64,000 nucleotides of DNA from an uncultured Candidatus Saccharibacteria bacterium (GTDB taxonomy: Bacteria; Patescibacteriota; Dojkabacteria; CAZCSM01), in NCBI GenBank assembly GCA_964501355.1, contig CAZCSM010000001.1, positions 10,873 to 74,872 of the forward strand, written 5' to 3'. Both the position numbers and the translations under genes were made by a program. This document shows, piece after piece, positions 59,303 to 64,000 of this stretch (position 1 is its first letter; each line of letters starts with the position of its first letter). The notes under the pieces are model-generated. The model saw only the letters and a program-made list of their open reading frames with translations. It did no database searches and was not told where the DNA came from.

Positions 59303-62300
59303 TTCTTTTTCTTCCTTGTTTTAATAACTAAGATAATTGTTGAAGTACTGACAATAATTAGCCCAATACCAACAGCTATTGGTTTAAGTATCGACTCACC
59401 AGTTTGAGCAATTACTATGTCCCTATAAATTCCAGCACTAAGGAAATTTATACAACCGCTTGCAGTTAGGTATCTGATTCCGTTTTCTGTGTAGTCGATT
59501 ATTTCTCCGTTTTCAGTTGGAGGAAGCAGTACAAATTTAAATTCATTAGGAGTTGTAATATTGTCGTATCCTTCAGGTTTAAATACCTTTACCGAGATAA
59601 CTGTATGATAAGGAAGTCCTGTATATTCGTAATGTCCGTTTTGTTCTGTATAAATATCAATTGAATTTTCATCAAGATATTCTGATTCAGCCCATTTAAT
59701 GTTTATCTTTACATTAGAAATTCCCTGTTCTGATTCATCATACTGTCCGTTATTGTTTGAATCCTCCCAGATAAAGCCTCCCATACAACACGAACTGGCT
59801 ACTACTGTTATTACTTCGCTTTCTTTTTGTTCAGTAACGGGAGATGCAATTAATGCAACATTTCTAATTTCAGTATCACTCTGAGTTGGTATTTCAATCA
59901 CGACCATAAACGAGACAGAACCTTGCGAATCAGGATCAAGTGTCCCAAGTTCCCATATTATTTCACCAGTAACTTCATTAAAAGCACCTATAATATCAGA
60001 ATCAGTTTCGACAAAATCAACAAATTTTGTATGTTCTGGGACAGTATCTGTAATTATTGTTTCAGGAGCGTGTCCAGTACCAGTATTTCGGTAGTTAATC
60101 GTATAGATGATTGATTGTCCTGGAGCGACTACTTCTGGCAATTCCTGTTTTTTTTCAATTTCAAGAATTGGAGTTAATACTGGTAATTCATGATCTGCTT
60201 CAATAGGAGGATAAAAATCTGTCTCAAGCACCGCTATATTAATAAGGGTTATGTCTCCTTCTAAAAACTTCTGATCAAGTTGAGCATCAAATGATAATTC
60301 CTTACTATCACCCCAAATACTTCTTTCATCAGGCTGATATGAACCATTTAAGATATATTGAGGCTCGGTAGCACTCCAAATAATTCTTCTGGTGCTTGAT
60401 TCCCACGCACCTTCATCGGAAATATTAGATACTGTCATTCTTTCAGGCACAAAATCGTAAACCTCTGTATTGTAAGCATTACCTGTTCCATTATTTCTTA
60501 CACTGATAACCCAATGTACTGTTTGAGATGGCTCTGCATATTCAATTCCATCATCTTTTGTAATTTCAAGAACAGGGGAATGGATTGTTGTAATTGTGGA
60601 ATCGTTTATAGGTGGGACTTCCTGTGTTCTTACTTCCGCAATATTATTTATCAGAGAATTGTCATCAATGCCTGTATTAAACTGTACTGTAAACCTAACA
60701 GTACGATTTTCCTTTTGAGGTAAATCTCCAATATTCCAGACAATATCTCCAACAAGTTGACCGCTTGGATCAATGTTTGTCGTAAGAAGTCCTCCATCTC
60801 TAATATCAACTATGCTACCTTTTCTTATTATTTCAGAAACATTATCAACAATGACTACAGAGTGCGCATCCGCGTCACCGCTATTTGATATGTAAATCGA
60901 GTAGGTCGATAACCTTTCGGTATTGTCTGGATGCGCTCCCTGTATGTGATTTGAACTGCTGTCTACTTCATCGCTGTCTGTTACGGTTTTATCAATTTCC
61001 ATAATCACTTCAGCAGTAATATTTGTTTGTGCAGAATCATCAATTGGTGTGGTTTGGTCGCTATCAACAATCGCTGTATTAGGTGCTAAATAAGTGCCAT
61101 GAGCAATAGGAGAGATAGTTCTTGCTCTAACTGTAAAAGACCTTGTTTCGCTATGCTGTAGCTCTCCAATGTTCCATATAATTGTGTCTCCATTGTCATC
61201 TCCTCCATCAGTATCAGTAATTGAAATAAGTGATTGATCATAATCATCAGTAACTGTAACTCCTGTGGCTCTACCACCAGTATTACTTACTGTAATATTG
61301 TAAGTAATTTCTTCATCGGGTCTTGATTCGTTTGCTTCGACATTTGTTTCATCATTATCACTAATAGTCTTTTGAACAGAAAGAACAGGTGGTACATCAA
61401 GTCTTACTTGTCCTGAATTAAACCAATAAGGAATAAGCACAACATTTATGGGAGGTCTTTCAATTTGACCCCAAACAGGCTGATTAGCGTTCCAGTTAGG
61501 GGCTCCTAGATCATCCCTTGCTACAACTCCCGGTCTAACTGCTGAATTTCCTCCATCATAAATCGAAGGCATTGTTTCTGATTGAGATTCTTCATGCCAG
61601 TTGTTATCCCAGATAGTTGCAGGATCATTTATTATTGTGTTTGGGTAATTTGTTCCCCAATTTTCATCATATGTTAGTGTTACATTTTGTCCTGAATTTA
61701 TACAGAAAGTCTGATCATAAACTGCACCAGTTGGTAAAACATCTCTAAATCTGATATTGCACAAGTTATAGGCAGAAACATTTTTCACTACTGCTGTATA
61801 TCTAACAGTTAGATCTTGTCCGTTCCATATAGGAGATGCTGTAAAATTTTGAAGCTGAATTGGCTGAATTGTTTCAAATGAATAAAAAACATTTCCATAA
61901 GAAGAAACACGATCTGGAAAATATCCGATATATCCTGATGTAATGTACTTTCCGCTTCTTGCAGGAAAGCCATTCATATAAACAGTTCCATAGCTTCCGC
62001 CAGCACCAATTCTAGTTAAATCACCATCAGCAGGATTTGGTCTTGAAGTAAAGAAATGAAAAGCGTCTAAATTGACTCCATGATCAGCGTAACTATATGA
62101 CCATTCTCCTATTTCAACTCTCGTATTTGGTGGTACTGCAACTCTATCGGCAATATATGGATATTTATGTGCATCTGGGTATGTAATATCAGCAACTTGT
62201 GTGAAGTGGTGATTTTGAATATAACTTCCGCTTTCCCCACTTACATTTCCGTTATCCCAAGAAACTCCGTTTCCTCCAATATCGTTATATTGAACACCAA

Positions 62301-62538
62301 CAACTGTTGCAAATTTACAGCCTCCAACATCTCCATTAGGATAGAAAGGGTCTGCATGAACAGGAGTAACAAAAGCAAGATTAGTTATTCCTGATGAAAA
62401 TAGGACTAATATAAGCGTAAAGAAAGCCTTAAATAGCTTTCCTGTTCGTTTCACTTTAAGTATGTGCTTTGTTAAGAGCCTGTGCTTAAGAAAGCGTTTG
62501 ATTCGGCTCGAAAAGTTGGGAGTCATTGTAGACTGCAT
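59299..62538 (-). CDS. DUF11-repeat + SdrD-B-like adhesin with sortase anchor
   Basis: Signal VHA; four DUF11-like repeats; GFIWEDSNNNGQYDESEQGI; IAQTG-TM-RKKKK. Confidence 0.88.
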   Translation of the reverse strand: MQSTMTPNFSSRIKRFLKHRLLTKHILKVKRTGKLFKAFFTLILVLFSSGITNLAFVTPVHADPFYPNGDVGGCKFATVVGVQYNDIGGNGVSWDNGNVSGESGSYIQNHHFTQVADITYPDAHKYPYIADRVAVPPNTRVEIGEWSYSYADHGVNLDAFHFFTSRPNPADGDLTRIGAGGSYGTVYMNGFPARSGKYITSGYIGYFPDRVSSYGNVFYSFETIQPIQLQNFTASPIWNGQDLTVRYTAVVKNVSAYNLCNIRFRDVLPTGAVYDQTFCINSGQNVTLTYDENWGTNYPNTIINDPATIWDNNWHEESQSETMPSIYDGGNSAVRPGVVARDDLGAPNWNANQPVWGQIERPPINVVLIPYWFNSGQVRLDVPPVLSVQKTISDNDETNVEANESRPDEEITYNITVSNTGGRATGVTVTDDYDQSLISITDTDGGDDNGDTIIWNIGELQHSETRSFTVRARTISPIAHGTYLAPNTAIVDSDQTTPIDDSAQTNITAEVIMEIDKTVTDSDEVDSSSNHIQGAHPDNTERLSTYSIYISNSGDADAHSVVIVDNVSEIIRKGSIVDIRDGGLLTTNIDPSGQLVGDIVWNIGDLPQKENRTVRFTVQFNTGIDDNSLINNIAEVRTQEVPPINDSTITTIHSPVLEITKDDGIEYAEPSQTVHWVISVRNNGTGNAYNTEVYDFVPERMTVSNISDEGAWESSTRRIIWSATEPQYILNGSYQPDERSIWGDSKELSFDAQLDQKFLEGDITLINIAVLETDFYPPIEADHELPVLTPILEIEKKQELPEVVAPGQSIIYTINYRNTGTGHAPETIITDTVPEHTKFVDFVETDSDIIGAFNEVTGEIIWELGTLDPDSQGSVSFMVVIEIPTQSDTEIRNVALIASPVTEQKESEVITVVASSCCMGGFIWEDSNNNGQYDESEQGISNVKINIKWAESEYLDENSIDIYTEQNGHYEYTGLPYHTVISVKVFKPEGYDNITTPNEFKFVLLPPTENGEIIDYTENGIRYLTASGCINFLSAGIYRDIVIAQTGESILKPIAVGIGLIIVSTSTIILVIKTRKKKK

Positions 62539-62869
62539 TTTTGAGATATTTAATATTTAATTTAACTATGAGTGTTCCTTCTAGCTTAGTTTTAATAAGC
62601 AGAAGTTTTCGTTTATTTACTCCTCTGATAGCCTGTACAAGTTGTTTTTCAGTCAATCCGACTCCCTTTATTTGATAAATTCGTTTTCCAGTTTCATCAA
62701 AATAATCATGACCATTTATAAGTTCATCCTTAAAGACAAAACACCAATGTTCAGGGCAAAATCCTAAGTAGGTAATTAGATAGAAAGTTAATCGTGCTTC
62801 AAGTTCAGAAGCATCTTTAAGCATATGAAAGCAAAATTGTATCAATGCTGTTTCTGTGTCTTTTCTCAT
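62486..62869 (-). CDS. Hypothetical protein
   Basis: 127 aa, 4-bp overlap with upstream gene. Confidence 0.65.
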   Translation of the reverse strand: MRKDTETALIQFCFHMLKDASELEARLTFYLITYLGFCPEHWCFVFKDELINGHDYFDETGKRIYQIKGVGLTEKQLVQAIRGVNKRKLLLIKTKLEGTLIVKLNIKYLKNAVYNDSQLFEPNQTLS

Positions 62870-63318
62870 TTAAAATAAATAACAACTGAATTAGATATAT
62901 TAAAAACTGGATTACTATCCTCTTTATGAATTTCTACTTGAGGAACATTCAGTCCATGCTTTTTACAAGCCATCCGAAGGCTTTCCACTCTTTCTTTTAG
63001 TTTTTCCTTACGGTGCATAAGATTTTTAACAGCTTCCAAATAGTCTTCAAAACTTGCAATCATATAAAAGCCATAAGGACCTTTTGTTGTTGAACCAATT
63101 GGGTAACTCCCTTCATTAACTAAATATTGAACAACTCTTCGAATTTCCCTGTCATTTAATGGAATAGACTCCATTAATTGATCAACTTGAATTGGATTAG
63201 TCTTACTGATATGTTTTCTTATCAGTTCTAGTATTTTGTTTTGGTATTTTTTTTCCTTTTCGTTCATATTTGATACATTGGTTTTAAACCTTGTCGCTTT
63301 GCGTATGCGTTCTGGCAT
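62866..63318 (-). CDS. Phage-type winged-helix protein
   Basis: NDREIRRVVQYL..G.YPIGS...GFYMIA..E then coiled coil; start may be an internal ATG. Confidence 0.7.
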   Translation of the reverse strand: MPERIRKATRFKTNVSNMNEKEKKYQNKILELIRKHISKTNPIQVDQLMESIPLNDREIRRVVQYLVNEGSYPIGSTTKGPYGFYMIASFEDYLEAVKNLMHRKEKLKERVESLRMACKKHGLNVPQVEIHKEDSNPVFNISNSVVIYFK

Positions 63319-63464
63319 ACTTTTGCAAAGTTAGTAATATTTTTTGCCATGATTTCAACTCTTTCATCAGTAAGCTTTTCGTTATATCTTGGTTCAAAAA
63401 TCTTTCTTACTTGTTTTAAGAACTCTTTTCTATCCTGTATTTTCTGCTTTTCTTTCTTTGTCAT
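63264..63464 (-). CDS. Small hypothetical protein
   Basis: 66 aa, 4-bp overlap with the Cro-like gene. Confidence 0.6.
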   Translation of the reverse strand: MTKKEKQKIQDRKEFLKQVRKIFEPRYNEKLTDERVEIMAKNITNFAKVCQNAYAKRQGLKPMYQI

Positions 63465-63673
63465 TTGATCTTTGGTGGTTTATAAATGAAAACTTTGTTT
63501 AATTTCTCCTTAACTGCTATTGCAATACGATAGGCTGTATCAAGATTTGGGGTACATATACCTTTCTCTATTTTTAAATAACCCATTAAAGACAAGCCTG
63601 CCTTATGAGCGACGTATTCCTGAGACAGATTTTTGTTTGTCCTGATTGTTTTTAGGTTATTCTTAACAGCCAT
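63461..63673 (-). CDS. Cro-like Xre HTH regulator
   Basis: NNLKTIR..KNLSQEYVAHKAGLS...IEKG..PNLDTAYRIA. Confidence 0.9.
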   Translation of the reverse strand: MAVKNNLKTIRTNKNLSQEYVAHKAGLSLMGYLKIEKGICTPNLDTAYRIAIAVKEKLNKVFIYKPPKIK

Positions 63674-63712
63674 AATTCAATATATAGGAAACTGTATATT
63701 CTATTATTTAGT

Positions 63713-63741
63713 ATCATATATATTTCAAAAATTATGGTCAA
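63713..63741 (-). promoter_or_regulatory. Sigma70-type promoter for the cro-tra operon
   Basis: TTGACC-N17-TATGAT on minus strand. Confidence 0.65.
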
Positions 63742-63830
63742 GGAAAAAGTTTTCAGAGAGGTGCCGCGAGGGCATCGAAAGCTAACTAGGATCGACTAAA
63801 ACCCAATTTGTTAAAATGGGTAATATAAAC

Positions 63831-63859
63831 TTGACTTTATATACTAAAGTGTATATTAT
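63831..63859 (+). promoter_or_regulatory. Sigma70-type promoter for the repressor gene
   Basis: TTGACT-N17-TATTAT. Confidence 0.65.
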
Positions 63860-63871
63860 TATGTGTATTAT

Positions 63872-64000
63872 ATGGAAAACAAAATGATCCACTCGCTTGG
63901 AAAACTTCTTAAACAAATACGAATCGATAAAGGTCTTACCCAAATGGATGTTAGTAAAAAGATGGGTTTTTCCAGTAATGGATATATTGCTACTATCGAA
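63872..64000 (+). CDS. CI-like Xre HTH repressor, truncated by window edge
   Basis: MENKMIHSLGKLLKQIRIDKGLTQMDVSKKMGFSSNGYIATIE. Confidence 0.85.
   Translation, partial: MENKMIHSLGKLLKQIRIDKGLTQMDVSKKMGFSSNGYIATIE

Larger units (their letters stand above)
32841..64000. mobile_element. Integrative conjugative element (right end and integrase outside window)
   Basis: Relaxase, T4CP, VirB4, VirB6, VirB2, M23 hydrolase, adhesin, sortase, DUF2958, type I R-M cargo, divergent HTH switch, att-like left end. Confidence 0.85.

Noticed and set aside
51464-64000. Prophage inferred from Cro/CI and initiator
   Set aside because: No virion genes; the operon encodes conjugation functions
1-64000. Alternative genetic code (TGA recoding)
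   Set aside because: Genes are full length in the standard code and TGA serves as stop in ATGA overlaps

Overview
Low-GC bacterial chromosome segment in the standard genetic code. Gene content (DUF2341/LamG and S74-chaperone surface proteins, TrmB regulator, many orphan ORFs, no biosynthetic operons) suggests Patescibacteria/CPR; this is an inference. Bases 1 to ~32.8 kb are host chromosome: surface proteins, two-component systems, glycosyltransferases, ComF, FemAB, and several families of REP/MITE-like palindromes, some clustered round a DUF559 nuclease gene. From 32841 to the window end is an apparent integrative conjugative element. It carries a monoderm-type T4SS (VirB2/6/4, coupling protein, M23 hydrolase), a Replic_Relax/MOBC-like relaxase, its own sortase plus a DUF11 adhesin, a phage-like initiator with internal repeats, and a divergent Cro/CI-like switch. 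Its cargo is an ~11 kb operon built on a type I R-M system, with a 3-TM protein and a small peptide inserted between hsdM and hsdS. The left junction resembles a tRNA 3' end and encodes what looks like the severed C-terminal tail of an integrase. A second such scar lies 1080 bp further left. The integrase and right end are outside the window. All calls are from reading the sequence; no searches were run.
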